This document shows positions 51,636 through 64,000 of a DNA stretch of 64,000 nt, one piece after another. A program made the position numbers and the translations under genes. The notes under the pieces were generated by a model that was not told the DNA's origin, did not search any database, and was given only the letters and a program-made list of their open reading frames with translations. The DNA comes from Chara braunii (lineage: Eukaryota > Plantae > Charophyceae), in contig BFEA01000026.1 in the NCBI GenBank assembly GCA_003427395.1, forward strand, positions 2,724,756-2,788,755. Reading direction: 5' to 3'. Numbering within the stretch: the stretch's first letter is position 1; every line of letters starts with the position of its first letter.

Positions 51636-51774
51636 NNNNNNNNNNNNNNNNNNNNNNNNNNNNNNNNNNNNNNNNNNNNNNNNNNNNNNNNNNNNNNNNN
51701 NNNNNNNNNNNNNNNNNNNNNNNNNNNNNNNNNNNNNNNNNNNNNNNNNNNNNNNNNNNNNNNNNNNNNNNNNN

Positions 51775-51807
<33 letters not shown>

Positions 51808-51919
51808 CTTATGTCGCTGACGTGCGACGAGCACAAGTGGTTAACCGGGACACACACTTTCAACTCCTCGGTAACAAGCAGATTCTAAGCATATCCAAGG
51901 TCGTGCTTGGTGGAAAGAC

Positions 51920-51982
<63 letters not shown>

Positions 51983-52563
51983 GAAATAAATGAATAATGT
52001 AGCCCTAATCACTCAAGTTCTATATACGAACTACGGGCTGCGCACCCCTGCCCTCAAGGCAAGTCAACCCTTGGAGGCACTATGTTAAGAAGATGGAGCA
52101 GTTTCTACATTAGGTACAATTCTTGGTTCAGGGGCACCAGTCCATTTCTCATCACCTATGGGAGGAGACAGAAAACGATGTCCCGTCCTTGCAATAGTTG
52201 CACCTTGAGGAAGAAGATCGGGGGTTACCTACTGTTGTTTGGGATAAGTGCTCCAAAGGGCGATGGGATCGTAGAAGCCATCTCTTTACAGACAATGCAG
52301 CAGGGCTGAGAAGCTTTACTAAGGGTACCCTTAGAAGGTTGCAACGAAACCACACTATGTATCATCAGTGGTCACGGTCGCGGGAACAATCTCGGCCCTC
52401 GGCTGCAGGTTTTGGGGATTTTCCCCCTGTAAAAAAAAAGGGTTGTGGGGTCTTAAGAACCCTGCAAGCCCATGTATTCGTTTTTTGCAAAAATGTAATT
52501 TTTCGGTAAAAAAAAAAAACGACAAGAAAATATATTTTTTTTGTTCTTTTTTGTTGGTAGTTT

Positions 52564-53019
52564 GGATTACACGTGCTTTCGTGCAGTAACCACCGTAGAA
52601 ATTGTACTATGTGCAGTGTGGCTGAGTAGGGGTGAGTGTGGTTGGGTACACCGTGTCGCGGGATGTCCATGTTGGGGTGGGGTGAAGTGCTCATGTTGGG
52701 GTTTCACTTTCACCCCAGCCCACTTAGCTTTATGGTTAGGTGTTTGTCTGCCGAGCCGTTGGTTGTGTGTTCGAGTCCTGTATTGGGATTACACGTGGTT
52801 TCGCGCAGTACTAACCACCGCAGAAATTGTACTATGTGCAGTGTGGCTGCGTAGGGGTGAGTGTGGTTGGGTACACCATGTCGCGGGATGTCCGTGCTGG
52901 GGTGGGGTGAAGTGCTCATGTTGGGGCTTCACTTTCACCCCAGCCCACTTAGCCTTATGGTTAGGTGTTTGCCTGCCGAGCCGTTGGTTGTGTGTTCGAG
53001 TCCTATATTCGGATTACAC
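52564..53019 (+). repeat. ~224-bp tandem duplication upstream of the hAT transposase
   Basis: ggattacac starts at 52564, 52787 and 53011. Confidence 0.9.
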
Positions 53020-53250
53020 AAGTTCTTTGTCTTATTGGATCTGCTGTGCTTTTTTTTTTTTCGTTGTCGTTTGTGTCAAATAAAAAATCAAATAATGCAA
53101 AAAAAAAAAAAAACGGTCCGTTTCGCCAGGGCCTGTGCTGGTTTCAATGGCGCCATGGTGGTAGTGGTGGGGAACGACCGCCCAGGCAACGCATTTCATG
53201 TTGCTGTTTCAGATAAATATCACGATTTGTCTGAAACAACTATTGTCGTC

Positions 53251-53347
<97 letters not shown>

Positions 53348-53674
53348 GAGCGACGGTCCGTGGCACAGTAGAACTCTCGCGAAGCGGAGCCGTGGCCTCG
53401 CGACCGTATCCCCTATCGCATGGCCATAAACGCGGCTGTGGCCTCGTCCGCGCGGATTTGTGCGGCCACGTTCAGGGCCGCGGTGGCCTGACACTGGGCT
53501 GCCAGCTTCATCGCATGGAGGCAGACCCGTCCCTGGCCCTGTCGGGGGACCTGCGAGGGATCGACAACAGAGGAAGTAGAAGAGAGTCACCGATATCTAC
53601 GAAAGTCGAGAAGAAGCAACGATAACCGTTCAGATCAGCACAACGACTAGGATCGGGGGGCCGAGAGTGTAGGG

Positions 53675-55830
53675 ATGACGGAGGGTGTGTTGGGGTTAGG
53701 GGGGGATGAGTTCATCCCGACTTCTGATGTGGAGATGGCCAAACTGTGTGGAAAATTGTGTGTTTGGCGGCATGTTGCACATGGCCAGAGGCAGGGGACG
53801 TGGGAGAAGAGGCATGTCGCTTATAAGTTGCGGTGGAATTACTGCAAGCACAAGTGGTGGGGGAACCAGTCCAAGGGACAGTGCCACTTCGTACAGTTGA
53901 AGAGGTGCGTGGTGGCCGCGATGTCGGTGCATGTGGACATATGGAACCACACCGACTGCAAGTTTAATCAGTGGCGGGTGGGTGATGGAGAGTCGCGAGC
54001 ACAGGAGCGTGATCTTGTGGACAAGGTGTAGGACGTCCTCGACGAGGAGGCGAGGCGAGCATGTGCGTGGGACAGAGGGGAAGGTGGGGCGATTTGTCCA
54101 CCTCCAGATTTGCAGGGGGAGGAGGTTATTACGGCTGCGAGGGGGCCGGGGGGTGTGCATGCCGTTGAGGAGGACGCATGGGGTATAACAGAGAAGGGGA
54201 TGACCATCACGGAGGATGACAAGCTGCAGCAGGGGCACACGAGACCGCAACAGACGACGTTGGATGAGGTGTACGATCTGAACAGGCAAGTGGGGTTCAG
54301 GGACTCCTTTCTGCACTAGGTGTACGATGCAGGTAACCCATTCAACGCATTCAGGAGGCAGTCATGGAGAAGGCATACAAGGAGGATGGTTACTCTTCCT
54401 CGGGGAGTGCGGCCCATTTATCCCTCATTCGAGGAGATAGGCGGGCTTGGTATAACTTCCCAGCAGGGGAAGATCGCCGAGGTGATGGACAAGGTCCGGG
54501 CATCGTTAGAGGTCATTGGGGCTACCATCTTGTCAGATGGTAGGACGTCGTGAGAGGCTAGTTAACTTCCTTGTCACGACCAAGCGAGGCGCCCCTCTGT
54601 CTGCCACCGTCTTCCGAGACGGTTCCGACCCGAAGACGACATTCATCGTCTCGAGCAGGTGGAAGGCCATCTTTCGGTATTTCCCTTAAGAGGACATGTG
54701 GTGACCATTTAAATGGACTCTGCGACCAACTATGCGTTAGCTGCTAAGCTCCTTTCAAAGGACCCTGATTGTGAGCTACGTCGTATCACGTGGCTCTTGT
54801 GCTCGACCCATATCTGCAACTTGATGTTGTTTGATGTGGGGACTCAGGTTACTTGGGTGAAGGATACAACTTCGTTCGTGCATTGGTGCGATTTATTAAA
54901 TCACACGGTGCGGCTCTTCACCTTTTCAAGTTGAAGAGTCGTTGCAAATCGCTCGTGCACCCTGCGGAGACACGATTCACGTTTGTCTTCTTGATGTTCG
55001 TGTGTTTGCTCTCCAGATGCTCCTATACGACGCATGGGACATGATCCCATGTGACCCGAGGTTGAGTACAAAGACTTTGTGGATTTGACAACAAATCCAT
55101 TGTGCCGATTTTTGGCCCAACGTGGTGTACATTGTCAACATTATGACCCCTATCCACCTGTTGTTGAGGAGATTGGACAGGGGCGGGATGATCATGTCGA
55201 TGATATACTCGTGGTCCCTTTCGTTGGTGTGTCAGGTGGCTGATGCCGACGTGCCACCTCACATGAGAAATCCGTGCATGGAGGTGGTGCAGATCTGTAG
55301 GGTGCATATGCTTGAGCCTGCGTACGAGGCGGTGCATCAACTCAACCCCCGTAGACGTTCTCTCTATTACTATGATGCTGTCCGCAAGACTCTAGATTCT
55401 AGAGGACTTGGAGCCGGTTACTGAGTGCAATGTCTTCCTCTTAGCGCAAACAGGCGATATTCGGGCTGGCGAGACATATCTGCGGGTGCTCAAGCAGATG
55501 AGGGCATTCCACGCTCGCTCGGGCCACACGACGGATAGCGTGACGAGGGACGAGGAGGCGGAGGTATGTATAGACATTATAGGGCATGATGAGACAGTTA
55601 GGTGTGCCTCATGGTGGATGGACCACGACACATACCACCCAAAGTTGCAGAAGATTGCTGGCCGTGTCATGCAAATGTGGACGTCCGCCTCCCCTGCGAA
55701 GAGGAACTAGGCGGAGCATAAGCGTGCCCACACGGCAAAGCGTAACAGGCTAGGGTTTGCCAAGCTCGCACAGTTGGTTGAGATTGCCACCAATCTCAAA
55801 TAACTTGCATGTAACAAGCGGAGTAACGGG
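53675..55830 (+). pseudogene. hAT-superfamily transposase (BED finger + DUF659 + dimerisation domain), disrupted
   Basis: VWRHV...KLRWNYCKHKW.G...HF (BED-like); ATILSDG; MDSATNY; ITWLLCSTHICNLM (CxxH); HPAETRF; ASWW...PKLQKIA.RV...TSASPAKRN...HTAKRNRL..LV..NL. Multiple stops and frameshifts. Confidence 0.9.
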
Positions 55831-57111
55831 TACGTTCGTCCATGGGGGCACTTGGAGACCCTGGAGGAGGCCGCCCCGGCGGAGTACGCCCAACCTTCCT
55901 ATGAGGCCGCGAAGTCGGGCGGGGATGCAGAGGAGGATCCCGAGCCAGAGGTGTAGGGAGCTAGACCTGAGGCCGCAGTACCGTCACAAGAGTTAAGTGC
56001 GCAGGTTTCTCTCTTCCAGCATGAGGGTTCTCCTTGACTAGGGGAGGTTGCTGAGGTTTTCGAGGCAAGAGCCTCGATTATCCTTGCGCACGACTACGTG
56101 CCTCCTCCCCCCGCTGATACGGGGCAAATGTCAGGGCACGGGAGCTCGCATCCCATGACGAGGAGTGGACGGAGCCTAAGGATTTGAGGGCAGGTATAGA
56201 TAAGAGTATTGGGAGACTTTAGTACACGTATGGTGGAGGGGCAGACTGATTGCGGCCACACACCAATGTCATTCGTGAGGACTACGGCCCTTCCAGGCAG
56301 GCGAGCGATACAGGGTTTGGCAGAGGACAGGGTGGTATGTCCGGCGAGACGAGTGGTGCACAACGTGCCAGGGGTCAGGGTAGGAAGGTTATACAACGAC
56401 GCCGAGCAGTTGTTGGATCCTCGTGCAGGCTCAACACATGAGGCAACAGTGACTCCAAGACCCTCAGGCGATCAGAGAGTTTGCAGAGCCAGAGCACTTC
56501 ATGAGCACACCCTCTTCGAGAAGGATCGAGGACATCGAGGTTGAGGGACATGTGCCTAGCCAACGTAACCCGACACCCACAGTGGTTGGTCATATGCATC
56601 AGACTGACCTGCCCATAAGCGACTTTCTACGATATGGAGATGGGCCTTCTGGCAGTGGCGGCCGTGGGCCGACGTACGTGAGAGAGAGAGTGAGGGATGA
56701 CGTCGAGTACTATCTCACAAAGGTTGATACAGAGGAGACGACAGAGGAGTGCCATGCCCACATCAATCGAGAGGAGGAGCAACGGTTGGAGCACTTGATG
56801 AGGGAGTGGGATGACAGACAGGCATATATGGCGGAGCAACAGACGATTCATGATTTGGAGACCGGTGCATCTCACGCTGATGCGGGTGGGGTCGAGCAGC
56901 CCGTTGGTACTACTTACTCTTCACCTATAGATGCCGCATGGTACGACATACGCACACCCGACCCCGGGGCTTCCGCCTCCATAAGGCCGATAAATGTTCA
57001 TTTCGGCTTCACATTGAGAGGAGGATCCGGTGCGTCTTAGTACGGAGACCCGATCGTGTCCAACATCATTGTTGGACTTTGCGCGGAGGGCACAGTTGAG
57101 GCGACTCATGA

Positions 57112-57455
57112 ATCGAGTCAGGAGGAGGTTTATATGGAGGGCGATTTAGGTGGGGTTAATGCACGTGATGGAGATGATGTTGGGGATCGAGTCAGGAGGA
57201 GGTTTATATGGAGGGCGATTTAGGTGGGGTTAATGCAGGTGATGGAGATGATGTTGGGGCCGATGTCGGGGTAGATGGTGGAGGGTCTCCTCATGTTCCA
57301 AAGAGTGGCGATGCAAGCGGATCTCTACAGGGTTCAGAGGGTGGTGATGCAGACAGATCTCTATAGGGTTCAGAGGGTGGTGATGCAAGTGGATCTCTAC
57401 AGGGTTCACAGGGCGGCGACGCAGGGGGATCTCTATAGGGTTCACATAGCGACGA
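57112..57455 (+). repeat. 75-bp duplication followed by a 36-bp minisatellite
   Basis: atcgagtcaggaggaggtttatatgg x2; gatgca...gatctcta.agggttca x4. Confidence 0.85.
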
Positions 57456-58053
57456 CGTAGGCGAGATGTCGTTGGCGCTTGTGGTGTGGGGTCCTTAACA
57501 GGTGGCAGCAAAGGTTCCGTCCTATTATGTGGACGGAGGCATGGGTGCGGAGGGGTTGGCGGCGGAGGTTCCATCACATGATGCCAGAGGTTGGTGAGCA
57601 TGTATGGAGGAGGGTCAAATTACACCAGGCCCGCTCAACCCCAACACGTTAGATCGTGTGCTGGTGGAGGATCCGATGAACCTCACCTGTAGGGGACGTC
57701 CGAGACCTCACGGGTTTGGAGTGCATTCACCTCTGCTTTATACACCTCTGAACCCTCGGTATTCCGGATGTTCTGCGAGCTTGGAGCGTGAGCAGCAGGA
57801 GTCGGTGACGCAAAGAGCGGGGGTTTGGGCCGCTCGAGGTGAGACCCACATTCGCCCACCTCCCCCGTCTCCACCGGCAGTGCACAATGCTACACCGCCC
57901 CTGACTAGAGGTACTATTGTCGGCAGAGGCCGCATGCCGTTGTCGTCGTCATCGCACCACTGGCAGGAGACACAACAGTCGCATCACCGTCCATGGTCCA
58001 TTGTCCGACGGGTCGAAGATCGTGTGAGGAGCGATTTTGCAGCCCAGGAGGAA

Positions 58054-58345
58054 CAACGATTTCGTCACAACGGTCATATTATATTTTTTGAACGAAATTG
58101 AAATTGAGTTTTTGGGCCAAAATCTGGTCCAAATTTTTGGCTACTGGGGGTCTAGCGTTCCTAGAACGCCGGACCCCCTAGACGTATTTGGTCTCAGCTT
58201 GAGGTCAGATACATCTAGGGGGTCCGGCGTTCTCGGAACGTCGGACCCTCCGGAGCCAAAATTTTGGACCGGATTTCGACCCAAAAACTCAATTTCAATT
58301 TCGTTCAAAAAATATAACACGTCCGTTTTGTCGAAATGGCCGTTG
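58054..58345. mobile_element. Fold-back MITE (almost wholly palindromic)
   Basis: ~135-bp arms (ttatattttttgaacgaaattgaaattgagtttttggg ... cccaaaaactcaatttcaatttcgttcaaaaaatataa; gaacgccggaccccctaga ... tctagggggtccggcgttc) around a short spacer. Confidence 0.9.
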
Positions 58346-61062
58346 AGGGATAATTGAGGGAGGAGCGCAGGAGCATACCCAGTATTGGGACGACCTGTCG
58401 CATTCTTCGAGAGCCCAAGTTTCATGCAGGACGATCACTGCTAATCGGTGTACGTGCCGACGAGGATGTACATCTCTAGAGAGGACGGTGTGCGGGTGCC
58501 TTAGGGCCAATGACATCACGACAGCATTAACGAGTTAGAGGCTTGTATTGCTTTGGAGGAGGGACGACTGAGGGAGTTTCAGGAGGAGCGCGATAGGGAG
58601 CGTGATAGGGAGCGCGAAAGGATCACAGGACATGCAACGAAGCGTGCTTCAGAGGCGGTCATAGAGGAGGAGCCCATGGACAGGGTCGTTCGTAGGGAGA
58701 GGCAGTCGATAAGCGGTAGGGAGACATCGTAGTTGTCCATCCAGCAGATCAGACAGGGGTTGGGGGAGGTAGACGTCGACGGACAGATACGATGTTCTTT
58801 ATTTTTCCACGGATGACGTTCGTTCATTTGCTTGGCTGTTTGTCTGTACTTTGGTTTTCCAGTTATTTATGGCAGGTGTGTACTAACAGATACGTGTTTC
58901 ATGCCTTAGCCTATTTGTGGAAATAAAACATTTTTTTTTGCTTTGGTAAGACAGGAGTGTACTAGTAGCAGTTGTAGGAACTTGTAGGGGGTACTTAGTG
59001 TACATATTGAGAGTGCGTAGTGTTTCTCGCTTGTCTTGTAGTTGTCATGGTGTTTTGTGATGGTTAACATTTCATGTTTCTTGTTAGTTTTCCACGCCAA
59101 TAAGAGGAAAACATGTTCGAGCAAACATTTATAGGACATTCAGTGTCACATGTTGTTCGAATCATGCATGAGTCGTACTATTTTTCCCATCCAGGTACTA
59201 TGATTGTCTACATCTCACTAGCACAACTTTGTCTCCTTTGTTTGTGGATTATGCCCATTTCTGTATGTTTCATAAGGCAATGTGTTTTCTACCATGCATG
59301 TTGACCACTTTGTTATTTAATATCATGCATTGTCTAAAAAATTGTACACTCTGACACTCGCAATAACTGACATGTATGATATTTTCTGAAACGGACGCTT
59401 ATGGGTTGTTGTACTGCACTGTTATTTTACTTTGCTTGCTTTCGTATACTCACAAAATGCCAAACGTTTCTTCTCATGAGCGAATGCATATGCGGAATGT
59501 CAGCGATGATTGTATTGTGCAAGGGATTGTGTAACGGACGGTAGCAGTTGATGATGGGGTGATAATACAGTTTGGGATGCGCAAAGCAGCCCGCTTCCCA
59601 CAGCGCACCCTTTGCATGCTATTGCCCCCACCCACCTGTATGCAATCCCAAAACGCCGAACCCCAAACTACAACCCCCCCCCTCCCACGATGCCCATGAC
59701 NNNNNNNNNNNNNNNNNNNNNNNNNNNNNNNNNNNNNNNNNNNNNNNNNNNNNNNNNNNNNNNNNNNNNNNNNNNNNNNNNNNNNNNNNNNNNNNNNNNN
59801 NNNNNNNNNNNNNNNNNNNNNNNNNNNNNNNNNNNNNNNNNNNNNNNNNNNNNNNNNNNNNNNNNNNNNNNNNNNNNNNNNNNNNNNNNNNNNNNNNNNN
59901 NNNNNNNNNNNNNNNNNNNNNNNNNNNNNNNNNNNNNNNNNNNNNNNNNNNNNNNNNNNNNNNNNNNNNNNNNNNNNNNNNNNNNNNNNNNNNNNNNNNN
60001 NNNNNNNNNNNNNNNNNNNNNNNNNNNNNNNNNNNNNNNNNNNNNNNNNNNNNNNNNNNNNNNNNNNNNNNNNNNNNNNNNNNNNNNNNNNNNNNNNNNN
60101 NNNNNNNNNNNNNNNNNNNNNNNNNNNNNNNNNNNNNNNNNNNNNNNNNNNNNNNNNNNNNNNNNNNNNNNNNNNNNNNNNNNNNNNNNNNNNNNNNNNN
60201 NNNNNNNNNNNNNNNNNNNNNNNNNNNNNNNNNNNNNNNNNNNNNNNNNNNNNNNNNNNNNNNNNNNNNNNNNNNNNNNNNNNNNNNNNNNNNNNNNNNN
60301 NNNNNNNNNNNNNNNNNNNNNNNNNNNNNNNNNNNNNNNNNNNNNNNNNNNNNNNNNNNNNNNNNNNNNNNNNNNNNNNNNNNNNNNNNNNNNNNNNNNN
60401 NNNNNNNNNNNNNNNNNNNNNNNNNNNNNNNNNNNNNNNNNNNNNNNNNNNNNNNNNNNNNNNNNNNNNNNNNNNNNNNNNNNNNNNNNNNNNNNNNNNN
60501 NNNNNNNNNNNNNNNNNNNNNNNNNNNNNNNNNNNNNNNNNNNNNNNNNNNNNNNNNNNNNNNNNNNNNNNNAAGTCGACCCGTAAAATCCTGTGACAGC
60601 CCTGACACACCCAAGGAGCAGGTACACTAAGGCTCGAACCCCACTGGCCGGCAGCTGGAAAAGCTACTTGGCTGCAAAAAGTTGCCCAATGTCGGTGGAA
60701 ACGAATTGGCACATTTGGATGCGACCCCACCGCCGACATCTGGCGGGCTTCGGAAACAGCCAGGCTTGCCGCATTAGGAAACCCGAGAGAGGCCCCTCCT
60801 GAAAAGGAAAGTGTGGATGGCCCGTGTGGACCAGCGGACATGCTAGCCTCCCGGGTCACCTTGTTTGTGTGGGGCACCGCACACAGTCCGCGACACCGTG
60901 CGAGGGAGTATAGAGTCCCAGTGTGGTGTCCCGGATGGCGAGAGGCAGGGGAAGCACCAACCATATTTTTTTTGTGCCGTTGCTGGTAACCCAGGAAGAA
61001 GAAGAAGGACGCATGCCGAATGGGAGAGTCGTTGGGGCGAAATGGTGCCCAAAAGAAAAAAG

Positions 61063-61124
<62 letters not shown>

Positions 61125-64000
61125 AATGGTGCGGGACCACCAAATGGGACCAGTGGAGGGGACCACCAACGGGCCGTGTGGATGACTCGTGCGACACGCA
61201 ACGCAAACGGTGCCTCTCGTCCTGGTCCAGCCTGAAGTTCATGGCGCCCGTGGACTGCACCACACCCTGCCGGCCTTCGATGCCAACGAATGGCACTTTG
61301 CCCTTCCTACCCTGCTGGAGCGGACTTTGGAAAATGACCACCGGTTTCTGGCGGAGACTTTTCCAGCCGCCACCATGTAGAAACACAACCAACAGTGTTT
61401 CCATAGCAGCGGTGGGGTCTGAAATTGAAGTCAGAATTCCCCCAAAACTGTTCCTGGCGGCCTGGTGGGGTCCCGAAATGACGTCGGGGGCAAAACTTTT
61501 CCAGACCGCCCGCCAGTGGGGTGCAAGCCTGAGGCTTGGACCCCACCGGGTGGCGGCTGGAAAAGTAGGTTGGCCACAAAAAGGTGCTGACCGTCGCTGG
61601 AAATGGATTGGCATTTTTTGAGGCAACCCCACAACCGACTATTGGACGGGCACTGGAAAATGGCCTGGCTTGCCTGATTAGGAAAATGGTTACCAGTCCG
61701 TCCCGGAAAGGAAAGTGCGAAAGCCACACCAGAAGGTACTGCCAGTCGTGGTCCAATGGAATGTCCATGCCGCCCGCCGAGTGTGCCACACCCATCTGGC
61801 CGCTGATGCCAACGTATGGCGCTATCCCCACCCTAGCCGGGTGGAGGGCACTCTGGAAAACGATAACCGTTTTTTTGCGGCGGCTTTTCCAGCCGCCAAG
61901 CGAGTGAAATCATGGGCAACCGACTTTCCAGACCCCACTGTGATGACCAGTGGGGTCTGGAATGTGTATAATGGTGGGGGGCGCAGCGCGGCCGGGAGCG
62001 CTGTGCCCCGCCCTCGCAGTCAGGCCGAGCGGCGCTGAGCAGTGTCATGCGGCGGGGCAGCGCGAAGTCGAATCAAGCGGCGCGGGACGGCAACAAGCGG
62101 CGGTGCGGGGCGGTGCCGAGGGGAGTGGATTCGGGGTGGTGTGAGGTGGTGGTTGAGAGGTTTTGGGTGAATGGATGATGATGGGAAGGATGGCATAAGG
62201 GTGATGCATCGTGCATAGAGGATGAGGCTACTACGAAGAGGCTGCTTGTGAAGGGCTGCGAAGGGTATGGGCTGCCACCATCATCAGCAGAGCTAAGAAT
62301 GGAGGGGTGTCACGTGTCCAACGAAAGAGTCAGGTGATGAAGGGCAACGAAGGGCATGGAAGGTTTGTTTCCCCCCGGACTACCAGTGAGGGGTCACCGG
62401 CATGTTCGGTGGTTTTGTCTTGCTACATGGCAAGTGAGAGGTAAAGTGAAGCCACGGTCCATTAGTCCTTATTGTTCAGTTTCTTTTTATGGCCGAGAGA
62501 GTGGCCATGTGATGGCTGAGTTGCCTTCGGGCCGATAAGGGAGGGGGTGAAGGTTTGAGGGAGACAGACTCATCATGATGAGAGGTCGGTTTACATGCTT
62601 TGATTCATGGTTTTGCTCTTCGTGGCTTGTGTGACCTTCGTTTTTTCCGTTTTGATCTCATTTTTTGGGAGGTAGCTTCAAGATAGTAACCCGATTTTGA
62701 TTTTCAGAACGATTATAAATCCGATTTTTTTGTTCTAATCTCTAGTTTTCGAATTTAATCTTTTGGATTTTTCTATTTGATTTTCTCATGACAGGTAGCT
62801 TCAAGTTTTTCAATTCTAATTGGATTCACGACAGCGGACTCATGAATGAATTCAAAATTTTTCGAATAATTCTTGATTTGATCCTATTAGTTGATGATCG
62901 TAAATCGGAGTTTCGCCTCTGATCTCGAATAATGTTTTTTAAATTTTTAGATTCTCAATGAACTTTTGAATCCATAAACCTGATTCAAGATAGTGAGATA
63001 ATGAATGATCTTCAAAATTCTGAATAACTCTCGATTTGTTCTTTTCATATTGACGATCGTAAATTAGAGTCTCGTCTCTGATCTTGAATAGTGATCTCTA
63101 ACTTTTTAGAAATTCAGTGGTGTCGTGAATTTGTTGAATCTTGTTTTTCCTAATGTTTCGACTCGCTTGAGAACGGTATTCTAGTATTTTGTTGTTCACT
63201 GGTCGTTGTGATACACTCCTGTTTGAGAGGGGTCAGTAGTGGGAGGGAGGCGACGCGTCCTGCTGGCAAGGGGGTAAGTCAGTAGGATTGAATTAGGGCA
63301 TAGCAGCAACGGAGATGGTGGCTCCGCTGTGATAAGTCTTGCCGGAGGGGGGTTAGGGGGAGTGTTCAGGTGGTTTGGGGGTGTTGAGCACAACCGGTGC
63401 ATGGAGGAAGCCGGGTATTTCGAAGCCTTAGTTGTCGTGATGTGTTCAACAGATTATCCGACGGTGGGTTATTGCCATCATGTCCATAAGGTTAGGGTTG
63501 ACCGATGCCAGAACGACGCTGGCTGGAGCTGGGGTTTGGTTGCGCTGCCCTGTAACCTGAGTATGCGGGGGTTAGAGGCCTGGTAGAGAGATATGGGGAA
63601 CTGCCGAGGATGGAAGGCAGTCCAGTGGCTAACCGCGAGCTGGTATCAGGACGACGCGGGTCGGAGCTGGGGTGGTTCGCGCCGCCTTGTAACCCAACGG
63701 TTGGGGGTGTGAGGCCTGGAAGAGCCCGGTATCTTGGATATGTCGGTTGAGGCAGTCGCAGGATAGTCTGTTGATAACACAAGGGCAACATATTTTCAGT
63801 TATATCGGCTTCCAGATAATCCCATGAGTAATTTGATTTGTGGACGTCGCTTCTGGTGGTCTTGAGGTCGCTTCAAGATTCTTGGGGTTTCTTGCTATTC
63901 ACTGTGGGTTTCTCTGATGCAGTTATATACATGATAGATCTGTGATGGTTCGAAGCCAGAAGGTCGTTGGCTGGTGTTGGAAGTAGATGGTGGGATATCA

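Noticed and set aside
59474-61201. Long ORFs in the track (575, 352, 331 aa, and similar at 4238 and 9646)
   Set aside because: Artefacts of N gaps and homopolymer or microsatellite runs.
63300-64000. Possible L1 RT fragment on the minus strand (SWDYLEA...)
   Set aside because: Only one weak motif; the QG and YADD motifs are not recoverable by eye.

Overview
Eukaryotic, repeat-dominated genomic DNA with five N gaps and many microsatellites. It is most consistent with a streptophyte alga such as Chara (inferred from the plant-type CAF1 and the transposon families present). There is one intact host gene, an intronless CAF1/POP2 deadenylase (18000-18815, minus). The rest is layered transposon debris. 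(i) A ~13 kb decayed Penelope-like retroelement with permuted domains (pLTR - GIY-YIG - CxC/GH linker - RT - pLTR; 28062-41104); both pseudo-LTRs carry a degenerate minimal hammerhead motif. (ii) A 6504-bp TG...CA insertion with an ACGT target duplication splits that RT between motifs 1 and 2; it carries ~550 bp of diverged LSU (25S/28S) rRNA-like sequence and a structured 3' end shared with a second element at 23955-24618. (iii) Several truncated L1-like LINEs whose otherwise dissimilar 3' UTRs share a ~54-nt hairpin plus H-type pseudoknot with compensatory base changes. (iv) A tRNA-Ala-like (GGC) SINE family. (v) A DUF659-type hAT transposase pseudogene. (vi) Many MITEs and local tandem duplications. 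All calls were made by eye; boundaries of degenerate elements are approximate.
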